DNA of 64,000 bases from Clostridia bacterium (GTDB lineage: Bacteria > Bacillota > Clostridia > UMGS1883), in NCBI GenBank assembly GCA_045604905.1, contig JAZUOX010000070.1:345-64344 (forward strand), in the 5' to 3' direction. Shown piece after piece: positions 1-9,500 of the stretch; position 1 is the first letter of the stretch; every line of letters starts with the position of its first letter. The position numbers and the translations under genes are program-made. The notes under the pieces were generated by a model. The model was not told the DNA's origin. It saw nothing but the letters and a program-made list of their open reading frames with translations, and made no database searches.

Positions 1-237
1 GAAATCATCGGTGGTAGCCAGAGAGAAGAAAGACTTGAACTTCTGGAAGAAAGAATGGCAGAACTCGGTCTTGATCCTAAGGATTACTGGTGGTATCTTG
101 ATCTCCGTCGTTACGGTAGTGCAAAGCATGCAGGCTTCGGTCTTGGTTTTGAGAGAGCTCTTATGTATATTACCGGTATTCAGAACATCCGTGATGCCCT
201 GAGCTTCCCCAGAACTACCGGCTCTGCAGAATTTTAA
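1..237 (+). CDS. asnS: Asparaginyl-tRNA synthetase, 3' end (partial)
   Basis: Frame reads [11 protein letters not shown]...[22 protein letters not shown]...[10 protein letters not shown], the class II motif 3 and C-terminus typical of AsnRS. Confidence 0.95.
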   Translation, partial: EIIGGSQREERLELLEERMAELGLDPKDYWWYLDLRRYGSAKHAGFGLGFERALMYITGIQNIRDALSFPRTTGSAEF

Positions 238-253
238 TCAAAGGGGTATCCGC

Positions 254-1066
254 ATGAAAACTTTGTTATATTCTCTTGCAATTGTTCTTGTATTATTCTT
301 TGTTGCAACAAAATTCGGGCCTATCCCCTGTATTCTCCTTGCATTGGCACTGATAGGCTTTATTCTCTGGAATAAGCGAATAGTATTAAAGACTTATCTT
401 GCATCACAGGCATACTTTATAAAAGGTGATAAAGAAAAAGCTTACCGCCTTTATCAGTCCGCATATAACTCAGGTATGATGTCTCAGGGTGGGAAGATAT
501 CTTTCGCCGGATTTTGCCTTTATACAGGCAAACTGGATAAGTGTGATATGCTTCTTAATTCTGTTATCAATTCTTCTCTTTCCACTGATACAGACCGTTC
601 TAACGCCAGACACTATCTGGCAATTCTCACTTGGAAAAGCGGAGACCTCGACGGTGCAATAGAGCTAATGGAAGAGGTTCATAAGGAAACCCGTTCTACC
701 GGCACATATGGGTCATTGGGAGCTTTTTACATTGAAAAATCCAAGCGTGACAGTTGTTACCACACATATCTTGACTTTATGCTTGAAGCATATGATTACA
801 ACGATACAGACAAGACAATCTCAGATAACCTTGGCGAACTTTATCTGCTTCTTGGCGAATATGTAAAAGCCGAAGAAATTTATACCAAGCTTTTCAAGAT
901 TGCTCAGACAAGCCCTGTTCCCCACTATCACTATGCATTAGTCCTTAAGAATCTCGGCAAAACAGATGAAGCCAAGGAGTATCTTGAAAAAGCTCTTACC
1001 TGTAATTTTGCCCGTACACTTACAGTTTCCCGTGATATAATTAAGGAAGAGCTTGAAAGTTTATAA
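254..1066 (+). CDS. Membrane-anchored tetratricopeptide-repeat protein
   Basis: Two N-terminal hydrophobic helices followed by TPR-like helices (NLGELYLLLGEYVKAEEIY, HYALVLKNLGKTDEAKEYL). Confidence 0.8.
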   Translation: MKTLLYSLAIVLVLFFVATKFGPIPCILLALALIGFILWNKRIVLKTYLASQAYFIKGDKEKAYRLYQSAYNSGMMSQGGKISFAGFCLYTGKLDKCDMLLNSVINSSLSTDTDRSNARHYLAILTWKSGDLDGAIELMEEVHKETRSTGTYGSLGAFYIEKSKRDSCYHTYLDFMLEAYDYNDTDKTISDNLGELYLLLGEYVKAEEIYTKLFKIAQTSPVPHYHYALVLKNLGKTDEAKEYLEKALTCNFARTLTVSRDIIKEELESL

Positions 1067-1078
1067 TATTAACACGCC

Positions 1079-1112
1079 AAAAGTCACATTCTTTTATGGA
1101 ATGTGACTTTTT
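1079..1112 (+). terminator. Intrinsic terminator
   Basis: AAAAGTCACATTC-loop-GAATGTGACTTTT stem with T tract. Confidence 0.8.
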
Positions 1113-1205
1113 ACTAATCAAAGAGCGTGACATCAGTACAGACACAGCCTGCTTTTTTGCTTGACTACTCACTTTTTTTATGCTATTATATACAAGGTGG
1201 TTATT

Positions 1206-1721
1206 TTGGATAACAAGTTTATGAAAATTGCCCTTGTAGAAGCGAATATTGCCGCACAACAGGGAGAAATGCCTGTGGGAGCCGTTGTTGTAAAAGACGG
1301 TGAGATTATCGGTGTCGGATATAATATCCGTAATAAGCAGTGCGACCCTACTCTCCATGCGGAAATTGTTGCAATCCGCCAGGCTTGTGAAAAGATTTCT
1401 GACTGGAGGCTTACGGATTGTGACCTTTATGTCACTCTTGAGCCTTGCGTAATGTGCAGCGGTGCAATTATAAACTCCCGTATGCGTAGCGTGTATTTTG
1501 GTGCCTATGACCCCGAATACGGTGGTGCCGGTGGCAGAATAGATTTGTTTTCCAAAGCATACTTTGGCAGTAATACCTCAGTTTATGGCGGTATTATGGA
1601 AGAAGAGTGCACTACCATGCTGAAAGATTTCTTTGCTGAGCTTCGCAAAGACAAGAAGAAGCAACTTAATATTCGGAGATGTACCCAAGTGGTTGAAGGG
1701 TCCGCACTCGAAATGCGGTAG
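1206..1721 (+). CDS. tadA: tRNA adenosine(34) deaminase
   Basis: GEMPVGAV, HAE, LYVTLEPCVMC motifs; probable TTG start at 1206 after AAGGTGG; stop codon lies inside the downstream tRNA. Confidence 0.92.
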   Translation: MDNKFMKIALVEANIAAQQGEMPVGAVVVKDGEIIGVGYNIRNKQCDPTLHAEIVAIRQACEKISDWRLTDCDLYVTLEPCVMCSGAIINSRMRSVYFGAYDPEYGGAGGRIDLFSKAYFGSNTSVYGGIMEEECTTMLKDFFAELRKDKKKQLNIRRCTQVVEGSALEMR

Positions 1722-1767
1722 GTCGGCACAAACCGGCGCCAGAGTTCAAATCTCTGCATCTCCGCCA
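1675..1767 (+). tRNA. tRNA-Ser(CGA)
   Basis: Acceptor GGAGATG/CATCTCC-G-CCA, anticodon arm CCGCA-CT CGA AA-TGCGG, long variable arm, T-arm GTTCAAATC. Confidence 0.97.
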
Positions 1768-1804
1768 AAAAACGACTACATACAAAGTGTGTAGTCGTTT
1801 TTTT
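1767..1804. terminator. Bidirectional intrinsic terminator after the tRNA
   Basis: AAAAAACGACTACA...TGTAGTCGTTTTTT. Confidence 0.85.
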
Positions 1805-1814
1805 GTTACATTGA

Positions 1815-2168
1815 TTAAAAGAGATTCGAACTATTTTGGTTATATACACTTTTCCTTAAACACCAGGATTTTTTGTTACATTCGGGACATTTTAAACTTC
1901 TGGTACGCAGTGTGTGTGCACCCATAATATATGCTTTGAAAGTCGGTTTAAAAGTATGTCCGCATTTTCTACATTCATATATACCTGTTTCATAGTCTAT
2001 TTTAGATGCGTAGAGAACTGCAATCAGAACTAATACAGAAGAAACTGCTATAAGTGCTATTGCAGTGGTAAGATTTATAATTTTCTCTTCTGCAAGAACG
2101 CTACTTGTTACAAGCAATGATATACTTAAAATTACACCAACCGCAGCCAATACTATTTTATTCTTCAT
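1815..2168 (-). CDS. Small membrane protein with C-terminal zinc ribbon
   Basis: Two TM helices then CRKCG...CPEC; ATG overlaps the upstream stop (ATGA). Confidence 0.75.
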   Translation of the reverse strand: MKNKIVLAAVGVILSISLLVTSSVLAEEKIINLTTAIALIAVSSVLVLIAVLYASKIDYETGIYECRKCGHTFKPTFKAYIMGAHTLRTRSLKCPECNKKSWCLRKSVYNQNSSNLF

Positions 2169-2611
2169 TTCTCTACCTCGTAGGGCCAGTCGATAATTCC
2201 GCCAAATTCTTTTACATTGGTGTAACCAAGTTTTGCAAGGCTTTCTGCTGCGATTTTGCTCCGTCTGCCTGACCTGCAATATACAAGAATTAACTTGTCC
2301 TTATCGGGGATCAGCTCGATTGCCTTGTTTTCAATTTCTGTATATGGAATCAGGATTGCATTTGGAATGTGTCCCTCGTCAAACTCATCCTGTTCTCTTG
2401 TGTCTAAAATGATATGTTCTTCGCCTGAGTCCATTATTCTTTTCGCCTCTTGGGGCGTAATTTGTTCGTACATTGTTTTTTCTCCTTTTTCTGCGACGAT
2501 TATTGATGTCGGTCCGTCTGCACCGCCTATAATTCCGATACTTGTAGCATCTCCGCAGGCGGTGAGAAGTATACAAAATAAAATTGATATGATACATAGT
2601 GCTTTCTTCAT
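2165..2611 (-). CDS. Rhodanese-like domain lipoprotein
   Basis: Lipobox LTAC, ILDTRE..EF..GHIPNA, VYCRSGRRS, GGIIDW. Confidence 0.9.
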   Translation of the reverse strand: MKKALCIISILFCILLTACGDATSIGIIGGADGPTSIIVAEKGEKTMYEQITPQEAKRIMDSGEEHIILDTREQDEFDEGHIPNAILIPYTEIENKAIELIPDKDKLILVYCRSGRRSKIAAESLAKLGYTNVKEFGGIIDWPYEVEK

Positions 2612-2615
2612 CACA

Positions 2616-3353
2616 TTAACCCTCAATCTTTTCCATTACTTGACTGAATACTTCGCCGATATTTTCCCGTATAACCAAATCGGCATTACTGTCATAATCT
2701 GTTTCGGATTTATTTATCATAACGATATATTTCCCTCTGAAATATCTTACAAAAGATGCGGCAGGATACACTGCAAGAGAAGTTCCGCCAACTATCAGCA
2801 TATCGGCACTTTCTATATAATGCACCGCAGATTCTGCAACTCCATCATAAAGGCTTTCACCATAAAGAACAACCTTCGGCTTCATAATGCCACTGCATTC
2901 GCACCTCGGCACATTCTTGTCTTTGATTTCCGACAAAACTTTATCTGTATCACCCTTTTTACCGCAGGAAACACAAGTAAACTTTTCCGCAGTTCCGTGG
3001 AGTTCAATAACGTTCTTGCTGCCTGCCCTTTGATGCAGATTGTCAATGTTTTGCGTTATCACCGCTTTAAGTTTGCCCATATTTTCAAGCTTTGCCAATG
3101 CTTGATGGGCACTATTCGGCTCTACCTCAATAATAAAATACTTTCTGTAAAAGTCATAAAAGGTTTCGGTATTCTGAAAAAAGAATTCGTGGCTGAGTAT
3201 TACTTCCGGAGGAACTCCGTATTCCTTTACGGTGTTATAAAGTCCGTCTTGACTTCGATAGTCTTTTACACCGCTTTCGGTAGATACACCTGCACCGCCA
3301 AAGAAGACAATACTACTGCATTCTTTTATCATTTCTGCAAATTTATCTGTCAT
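2616..3353 (-). CDS. cobB: NAD-dependent protein deacylase (sirtuin)
   Basis: GAGVSTESG, TQNIDNLHQRAG, ELHG, GTSLAVYPAA. Confidence 0.95.
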   Translation of the reverse strand: MTDKFAEMIKECSSIVFFGGAGVSTESGVKDYRSQDGLYNTVKEYGVPPEVILSHEFFFQNTETFYDFYRKYFIIEVEPNSAHQALAKLENMGKLKAVITQNIDNLHQRAGSKNVIELHGTAEKFTCVSCGKKGDTDKVLSEIKDKNVPRCECSGIMKPKVVLYGESLYDGVAESAVHYIESADMLIVGGTSLAVYPAASFVRYFRGKYIVMINKSETDYDSNADLVIRENIGEVFSQVMEKIEG

Positions 3354-3375
3354 TGTTTTTCGCCTCGCTTTTTAA

Positions 3376-3675
3376 TCAAATACTGTATTTTTCTAAATCT
3401 ATTCTTCCGTCCGGTTCAAAAACAACGCCTTCGGCTTCAAGCAATCTTCTTTGAATTTTTTCTCCTCCGAATGCAAATCCCGGTGCAACTTTACCATCTC
3501 GGTTTACAACTCTGTGGCAAGGGACGGCTAAATTATCGGGGTTTACGTGCAGGGCGTATCCTACAACCCTTGCCCATCTTGGATTTCCTGCAAGCACCGC
3601 CACATGGCCGTAGGTTGCAACCTTTCCTTCAGGGATACTTTTAACAATCTCATATATTTTTTCAAATGTATTCAT
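3376..3675 (-). CDS. MGMT/Ogt family alkylated-DNA binding/methyltransferase
   Basis: IPEGKVATYG, ARVVG, PCHRVV motifs. Confidence 0.9.
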   Translation of the reverse strand: MNTFEKIYEIVKSIPEGKVATYGHVAVLAGNPRWARVVGYALHVNPDNLAVPCHRVVNRDGKVAPGFAFGGEKIQRRLLEAEGVVFEPDGRIDLEKYSI

Positions 3676-3689
3676 AGTCTCACCATATA

Positions 3690-4316
3690 TCAGAAAAGCT
3701 GTCCCGGAAGCTTGAGCTTCTCCTTTGGTGGAAACTGCTTGTCAAACTCTTCTGCTTCCGCCTCGTCGACAAAGTATCCCTGTGGCGGTGCATACTCGCC
3801 TGTTATATTCTTTAAAAATCCGGGGATAAGTTCTTTACAAAGGAAAAAAGATGCATCTTCCCCTTCAGGCAGTCCGTGATAACGTATACCGAACTTGCTT
3901 GCATAGTCAAATCCGCTTTTCCCGTAAAAGTTAATATTTCCTTCAAAGCACAATGCTCCAAATCCAAGTTCGGTCGCTTTCTCGATTGAATAATCAAGCA
4001 GAATCTTGCCGTAACCCTTTCTTTTAAGCTCGTTTACGATGCATATTGGTCCCATGGTCAGAATCGGTATATCACGTCCGTCATCTGCCTTTATAACAGC
4101 TTTCATAAACATATTCTGTCCGATGATTTCTACGTCCTTTTCCATAACGAAATCAAGTTCGGGAATGAATGCATCGTCACTGCGAAGCTGGTTGATAACA
4201 TAGTGCTCAAGGCACCCCGGACGGTATACATTCCAGAATGATTCTCTGATAAGATTCTCAACCGTTCTGTGATCTTCTTCTTTTTCTAAACGAATAATAT
4301 AATCTTTTTCAACCAT
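3690..4316 (-). CDS. GNAT N-acetyltransferase (YhbS-like)
   Basis: GPICI...KRKGYGKILL acetyl-CoA motif, FYGKSGF. Confidence 0.85.
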   Translation of the reverse strand: MVEKDYIIRLEKEEDHRTVENLIRESFWNVYRPGCLEHYVINQLRSDDAFIPELDFVMEKDVEIIGQNMFMKAVIKADDGRDIPILTMGPICIVNELKRKGYGKILLDYSIEKATELGFGALCFEGNINFYGKSGFDYASKFGIRYHGLPEGEDASFFLCKELIPGFLKNITGEYAPPQGYFVDEAEAEEFDKQFPPKEKLKLPGQLF

Positions 4317-4906
4317 TATTTTTTCTCCTTATATTCAAATAATCCGTGGTTATTACAATAATAGTAAAGTTTACCGCCATACATTTTGGGGAATCTGGCA
4401 GACGCATCCTGTTCGGGATAGAGCTTTACAGTGAGCACTCTGTCAAATCTTACATAAGAAACAAAACCTATGTAATGTTCCTTGGTCATTTCGTGATTAA
4501 GTTCTATATAAAAATCGTCCTCAATGTCAGAAATTTTTATAAAATGCTCATCGTCAGGAACATTCACCTTTAAAGGATCAATTTGTTTACCGCAGCATAC
4601 AACCTGACTGTTTCCTGTTCCTTGCATAAAACTCCCGCAATCGGGACATATATAAAATTTCGCTCGTTTCATATTACCTGCCTCCGCTTTATTTGTTTCT
4701 AAATCCCCTGACAAAATGGTTTTTTCACTAACGCCAAGAATTTCTGCCAATGCTGACAAAGTTGACACATCAGGGAAACCGCGCCCTGTTTCCCACTTTG
4801 AAACTGTTTTCGGCACAACACCAAGAATTTCTGCAACCTGTTTTTGTGTCATTCCCTTTGATTTTCTTAAATCATAAAGGAGCTTTCCGTTTTTGATTAA
4901 ATCCAT
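4316..4906 (-). CDS. XRE HTH regulator fused to a desulfoferrodoxin-like domain
   Basis: N-terminal MTQKQVA..VSKWETG HTH; C-terminal FYICPDCG..VCCG, HEM..EHYI, YCNNHGL. Confidence 0.85.
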   Translation of the reverse strand: MDLIKNGKLLYDLRKSKGMTQKQVAEILGVVPKTVSKWETGRGFPDVSTLSALAEILGVSEKTILSGDLETNKAEAGNMKRAKFYICPDCGSFMQGTGNSQVVCCGKQIDPLKVNVPDDEHFIKISDIEDDFYIELNHEMTKEHYIGFVSYVRFDRVLTVKLYPEQDASARFPKMYGGKLYYYCNNHGLFEYKEKK

Positions 4907-5003
4907 AACACATACCTCCGTGATTTAAGTATATAGCAGTAATATAAACTAAGCAATCCACTATCCGTACACATTCCATATCAACAAAACAAATTGGAAG
5001 TTG

Positions 5004-5606
5004 TTAGTTGAGAATACACCAAACGAATAACGGCACATAACAACTTGTCAAAACTAATCTTTGCCAAAGACCTCCATACTGCAAAACTGTATTTGAAAAC
5101 TTTTCTTTCTCTCCCATAACAAAGAAACAAAAGAACACAAATGCCACAACAAAGTATAAAAGTGAGATTGCTCCTATAAAAAACTCCAAGATTTGCAACT
5201 GCAACAATGCTAAAAGCAATGGCACAACAAGTAAAGCCATAAAACCAATAGCAGAAGAACCGCCATGAATTTTTGTTATTATATCCTCTTCTTGCCTATT
5301 TTCATTAAGTGGGCATACACCTGATATGATTTCACACCCAATTCCATATATCGCAAGCAAAACCCATATTGCCATTGCTAAACCGCAATTATGCTCCAAA
5401 TATAATGCATGCGGAGCAATGCAGAAAACAATACCTGATATGATGCACCAGATGTTGTATATCCACTTCACAGGACTCTGACGTGAGCCAAGGACAGAAA
5501 GTGCCATTTCTTTATGAATATAATTCGGATAGAAATGTGCAAGAACCAACGGCAGTAGATTATCTATTAAAAGTGTTATAGCCCATATAAAAATCAATGT
5601 TTTCAT
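5004..5606 (-). CDS. DUF998-like multi-pass membrane protein
   Basis: Hydrophobic helices, ALSVLGS, IHG, GLWQRL motifs; AT-rich. Confidence 0.6.
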   Translation of the reverse strand: MKTLIFIWAITLLIDNLLPLVLAHFYPNYIHKEMALSVLGSRQSPVKWIYNIWCIISGIVFCIAPHALYLEHNCGLAMAIWVLLAIYGIGCEIISGVCPLNENRQEEDIITKIHGGSSAIGFMALLVVPLLLALLQLQILEFFIGAISLLYFVVAFVFFCFFVMGEKEKFSNTVLQYGGLWQRLVLTSCYVPLFVWCILN

Positions 5607-5670
5607 TTTAATTCTTCATTCCTACAAATTCTTATCTGTTTGGTGTGCAAACAATAAACTCTTATAAAAA

Positions 5671-6087
5671 TTATGATTTTTTCCTAATTATCCAATAGGA
5701 AATCCAATAAATTACCACAAGCAGAAGCACAGCGTAAGCAATCCATTTTGCCGCTTCGTGCATATTAAAAAGCGACAGAATTATTACTGCTGTAGCTAAA
5801 AGCAGAGTATATATGGAAATTGTAGCGCTTTTTGCTTTGTTCTGTATAGCTATATTTCTTTCATCTGTTTCGATAATTTCCTGTTTTCTGATTGTATCTT
5901 CATTTTTGGTAATCATAAAATAATTTCTGACACGGACAATCCCCATTACAATTATTGCAAAACCAAAGCTTGAAATAAAATCATTATCTGCTTTAAATGC
6001 AAATGTTCCTGCAATCATTATTACCCCAAGTGCTATATAAATAGCAGCAATATATAATCTTGTTTTAAGTTTCTTTTTGTAATCCAT
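5671..6087 (-). CDS. DUF2178-like membrane protein
   Basis: DERNIAI motif between TM pairs; cotranscribed with a small XRE gene. Confidence 0.7.
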   Translation of the reverse strand: MDYKKKLKTRLYIAAIYIALGVIMIAGTFAFKADNDFISSFGFAIIVMGIVRVRNYFMITKNEDTIRKQEIIETDERNIAIQNKAKSATISIYTLLLATAVIILSLFNMHEAAKWIAYAVLLLVVIYWISYWIIRKKS

Positions 6088-6089
6088 AC

Positions 6090-6287
6090 TCAAGCCTCCT
6101 CAAAAATAAAAACATCTTCAATATTCATATCAAAATATTTCGATATCCTGTGTGCAAGTTGAAGAGATGCGTTATATTTCCCGTTTTCCAAAGAAATGAT
6201 TGTCTGACGGGTTACTCCCACTGCACCTGCCAAATCATCTTGTGTTACTTTATTCGTCTTTCTTAGTTCCCTTATTCTGTTATCCAA
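6090..6287 (-). CDS. XRE-family HTH transcriptional regulator
   Basis: [34 protein letters not shown]. Confidence 0.92.
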   Translation of the reverse strand: MDNRIRELRKTNKVTQDDLAGAVGVTRQTIISLENGKYNASLQLAHRISKYFDMNIEDVFIFEEA

Positions 6288-6422
6288 ACAATCACCTCCA
6301 AATAGTAAAGCTTGCTTTACATTTTTATTTTACTATATATCTTTCAAAATGTCAAGTGTGTTTTACATTTTATAATTTTCAGCAAAAAAAGCGCGGACTG
6401 CACTGCAATCCGCGCCTCTTTA

Positions 6423-6650
6423 TCAATACTTCTTTTCTCCCGAAAGAATCATCATTTTATCGAGATTTGTTTCAATCTGGGGTTTTACTACCTGTGATTC
6501 CCAATCCTCAGGCTTAAATTCTTCCATTGAAATGGAAATAGCTTCAGGTGGACATCCCCAGTATTTAACGAAAATTTCGTTGATTTCATCAACTACTTTT
6601 TTCTTGATTTCCTCATCCTTGGGATAAGCTTTAATTGCGATGTACGGCAT
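6423..6650 (-). CDS. 4-oxalocrotonate tautomerase family protein
   Basis: N-terminal Pro after Met, 75 aa, tautomerase-like pattern; terminator at ~6385-6421. Confidence 0.75.
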   Translation of the reverse strand: MPYIAIKAYPKDEEIKKKVVDEINEIFVKYWGCPPEAISISMEEFKPEDWESQVVKPQIETNLDKMMILSGEKKY

Positions 6651-6662
6651 AAAAACACTCCT

Positions 6663-7154
6663 TTAATTATTTATACTTACTTCAGACATAGCCTGAAGAG
6701 TTTCACCGGTTAATCTGTATATAGTCCAGTCACTAAGAGGCTTTGCACCTAAGGACAGATAAAAATCAATGCTTGGTTTGTTCCAGTCAAGGCAACACCA
6801 TTCAAGCCTGCCACAGCCGCGCTCTACCGTTATACATGCAAGCTCCCTAAGCAGTGCTTTTCCATAGCCTTTTCCCCTGTATTCGGGAAGGACAAATAAA
6901 TCCTCAAGATATATTCCTGCTCTGCCTAAAAATGTGGAAAAATTGTGAAAAAACAGTGCAAAACCGACCTCTTTCCCATCTTCTACCGCAAAAATGACCT
7001 CTGCCTTTTTCTTTTCAAAAATCCACTCCCGAAGAAGTTCTTCTGTCGCTACAACCTCGGAAGACAGGTTTTCATATTCTGCAAGACTTTTTATAAAAAA
7101 CAGTATTTTCCCTGCATCTTCCTCATTTGCAAAACGTATAGAAAAATCACCCAT
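6663..7154 (-). CDS. GNAT diamine/spermidine N-acetyltransferase-like protein
   Basis: FFHNFSTFLG..GIYLEDLFV.PEYRGKGYG, RLEW.CLDWN. Confidence 0.9.
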   Translation of the reverse strand: MGDFSIRFANEEDAGKILFFIKSLAEYENLSSEVVATEELLREWIFEKKKAEVIFAVEDGKEVGFALFFHNFSTFLGRAGIYLEDLFVLPEYRGKGYGKALLRELACITVERGCGRLEWCCLDWNKPSIDFYLSLGAKPLSDWTIYRLTGETLQAMSEVSINN

Positions 7155-7276
7155 TATTCTCACCAACTTTCTGACATATTCATTTTAACATATATCAAAA
7201 AAGATTTCAATCCATTATTCCTTTTATTGACACAGATTACCTGATATTATATAATATCTGAAAAGGCGGTGGTAAA

Positions 7277-8935
7277 ATGAACTGCAGTTTCAGACAGATT
7301 TCATCTATGGAAAAGGCACGCAGCACCGATAAATCAAAATATAACGAGATAATGAAAAAAACTGTTATGCAAGGTGAGCGTGTAAGCTATCAGATTATTA
7401 TTGATTACGACGATAAAACCTTTGTTAAGGTTGAAGCTGATTCACCTTTTAGCGAAAACCTTCGACTTTTCAGGATAAAAGAGGCGATAATGGACACGCC
7501 TGTCACGGTAAATGTTGACGGTGAGGATTATATTACTACTGAGCCCGGTATTATGCCGGAAATACTTATTCCCATGGAGGAAAGTAACTTTTGCATTATG
7601 TGCTGTAAAAACAGAGAGTCTGTCCGTGTGAGAATTGATGTGCCGGAAGACTTCTCTCCGGGAGTGTACAAGGTTAACCTTAACATCCACCACTTCCCCA
7701 TTACTTCGGTACAGCCTGAATTTACTTATGTATGTACAAAAACAATGGAAATAGAGGTAGTTCCCCATAAAGTCCCTGAGCAAAAGCTTATTTACACAAG
7801 GTGGTTTTATACAGACTGCATTGCAGATGCACACAATGTAAAAATCTATTCCGAGGCGCATTGGGATATGATTGAAAAATATATGCTTGTGGCACGGGAC
7901 AGCGGTATCAATATGATTCTTGTTCCTGTGCACACTCCACCACTGGATACGGGAATCGGCACACAAAGACCCTGTGTACAGCTTGTTGATATTGAAAAAA
8001 ACGGAGATAACTATTCATTTGATTTTTCAAAGTTTCACCGTTTTATTACCCTTGCACAAAAATGCAAAATAGAATATTTTGAAATTGCACATTTGTTTTC
8101 ACAGTGGGGAGCAAAATGCGCCCCTAACATTATGGTAACGGAAAACGGAAAAACAGGCTATATGTTCGGCTGGCACGTTCCGTCGGATTCTGAAATGTAT
8201 ATTTCATTTTTAAAGCAGTATGTAGGTGCAATTTCAAATGAGCTTAAGGCTATGGGAATTTCCGAAAAGACGTATTTTCACATTTCGGATGAGCCAAGCG
8301 AAAAAAATCTTGAAGCTTATGCATTTGCAAAGAATATAATAAAACCGCTGATTGGAAACAGCAAAACCTTTGACGCACTTTCCCACTTTGAGTTTTATGA
8401 AAAAGGACTTGTTGAATGTCCCGTAACTGCGGTTAATACCATTGACGATTTTCTCGGGCACAATATTGAAAACCAGTGGGTGTACTATTGTTGTGCACCG
8501 CAGGTGGGATTTCTTAATTCTCTTATGGCGATGCCACTTTACCGCATCAGGGTAATAGGTTTCCTTATGTACAAGTACAATATTAAGGGATTTTTGCACT
8601 GGGGATTTAATTTCTATAACTCCTGGCTTTCAATGTACCCAATAAATCCTTATATTACAACATCTGCTGACGGATGCTTCCCCTCCGGTGACGGAGCTAT
8701 TGTGTATCCCGGAAAAAACACTGTCTACTCCTCAATTCGTGGCGAGGCCATGTTCGAGGCTATTCAGGATATGGACATCTGTTTTGCACTTGAGGAAAAA
8801 ATCGGACGAAATGCCGTTATGAAGATGATTGACGATTCCGCAGGAATGGATATGCATTTTAACAGGTATCCTAAAGGCGGAGCTTTTCTTGAAAATTTAA
8901 GAGAAGAAATGATAAAAAAAATTAACGAAAGGTGA
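7277..8935 (+). CDS. DUF4091 / GH123-like glycoside hydrolase
   Basis: HISDEP, WVYYC, GFLHWGFN, GDGAIVYP, SIRGE..FEAIQD motifs. Confidence 0.75.
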   Translation: MNCSFRQISSMEKARSTDKSKYNEIMKKTVMQGERVSYQIIIDYDDKTFVKVEADSPFSENLRLFRIKEAIMDTPVTVNVDGEDYITTEPGIMPEILIPMEESNFCIMCCKNRESVRVRIDVPEDFSPGVYKVNLNIHHFPITSVQPEFTYVCTKTMEIEVVPHKVPEQKLIYTRWFYTDCIADAHNVKIYSEAHWDMIEKYMLVARDSGINMILVPVHTPPLDTGIGTQRPCVQLVDIEKNGDNYSFDFSKFHRFITLAQKCKIEYFEIAHLFSQWGAKCAPNIMVTENGKTGYMFGWHVPSDSEMYISFLKQYVGAISNELKAMGISEKTYFHISDEPSEKNLEAYAFAKNIIKPLIGNSKTFDALSHFEFYEKGLVECPVTAVNTIDDFLGHNIENQWVYYCCAPQVGFLNSLMAMPLYRIRVIGFLMYKYNIKGFLHWGFNFYNSWLSMYPINPYITTSADGCFPSGDGAIVYPGKNTVYSSIRGEAMFEAIQDMDICFALEEKIGRNAVMKMIDDSAGMDMHFNRYPKGGAFLENLREEMIKKINER

Positions 8936-8939
8936 TTTT

Positions 8940-9458
8940 ATGGAATTCACAAAGCTTATCTGTGAAAGATATTCTGTGCGGAAATATGAAAACAAGCATC
9001 TTCCCAAGGATGTAATTGACAAAATCCTTGCGGCAGGACACATTGCACCAACGGGTTGTAATTTTCAACCACAGCGAATTCTTGTGCTGAACACCGATGA
9101 AAGTATAGCAAAACTTAAAAATTGTACAAGATGCCATTTTGATGCGCCCTGTGCAATGCTTATTTGCTACTCAAAGGATGAAACCTGGACACGCCCTTAT
9201 GACGGTGCACTTTCAGCACCGGTGGATGCTGCCATTGTAACAACACATCTTATGCTTGCGGCACATAATGAAGACGTGGGAAGTTGCTGGGTAATGCATT
9301 TCAATCCCGAAAAAATGAAAGAAGCTTTCAATATTCCCGAAAATGTAGTGCCTTTGGCACTTTTAACAATGGGTTATCCTGCAGAGGATTCCGTTCCTCA
9401 TAATTTCCATTCAACATTCAGACCGATTGAAGATGTAGTTTTCTACGACAGCTTCTGA
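8940..9458 (+). CDS. Nitroreductase family protein
   Basis: RYSVRKY, APTGCNFQP, MLAA....GSCW, MGYP. Confidence 0.92.
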   Translation: MEFTKLICERYSVRKYENKHLPKDVIDKILAAGHIAPTGCNFQPQRILVLNTDESIAKLKNCTRCHFDAPCAMLICYSKDETWTRPYDGALSAPVDAAIVTTHLMLAAHNEDVGSCWVMHFNPEKMKEAFNIPENVVPLALLTMGYPAEDSVPHNFHSTFRPIEDVVFYDSF

Positions 9459-9461
9459 TGT

Positions 9462-9500
9462 AAAGAAGGCGCAACACAAAACTGTGTTACGCCTTCTTTT
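9462..9500. terminator. Bidirectional terminator
   Basis: AAAGAAGGCG..AACAC-loop-GTGTT..CGCCTTCTTT between convergent genes. Confidence 0.75.

Noticed and set aside
2256-3644. 462-aa plus-strand ORF
   Set aside because: It is the antisense shadow of three well-supported minus-strand genes and has no motif or RBS.
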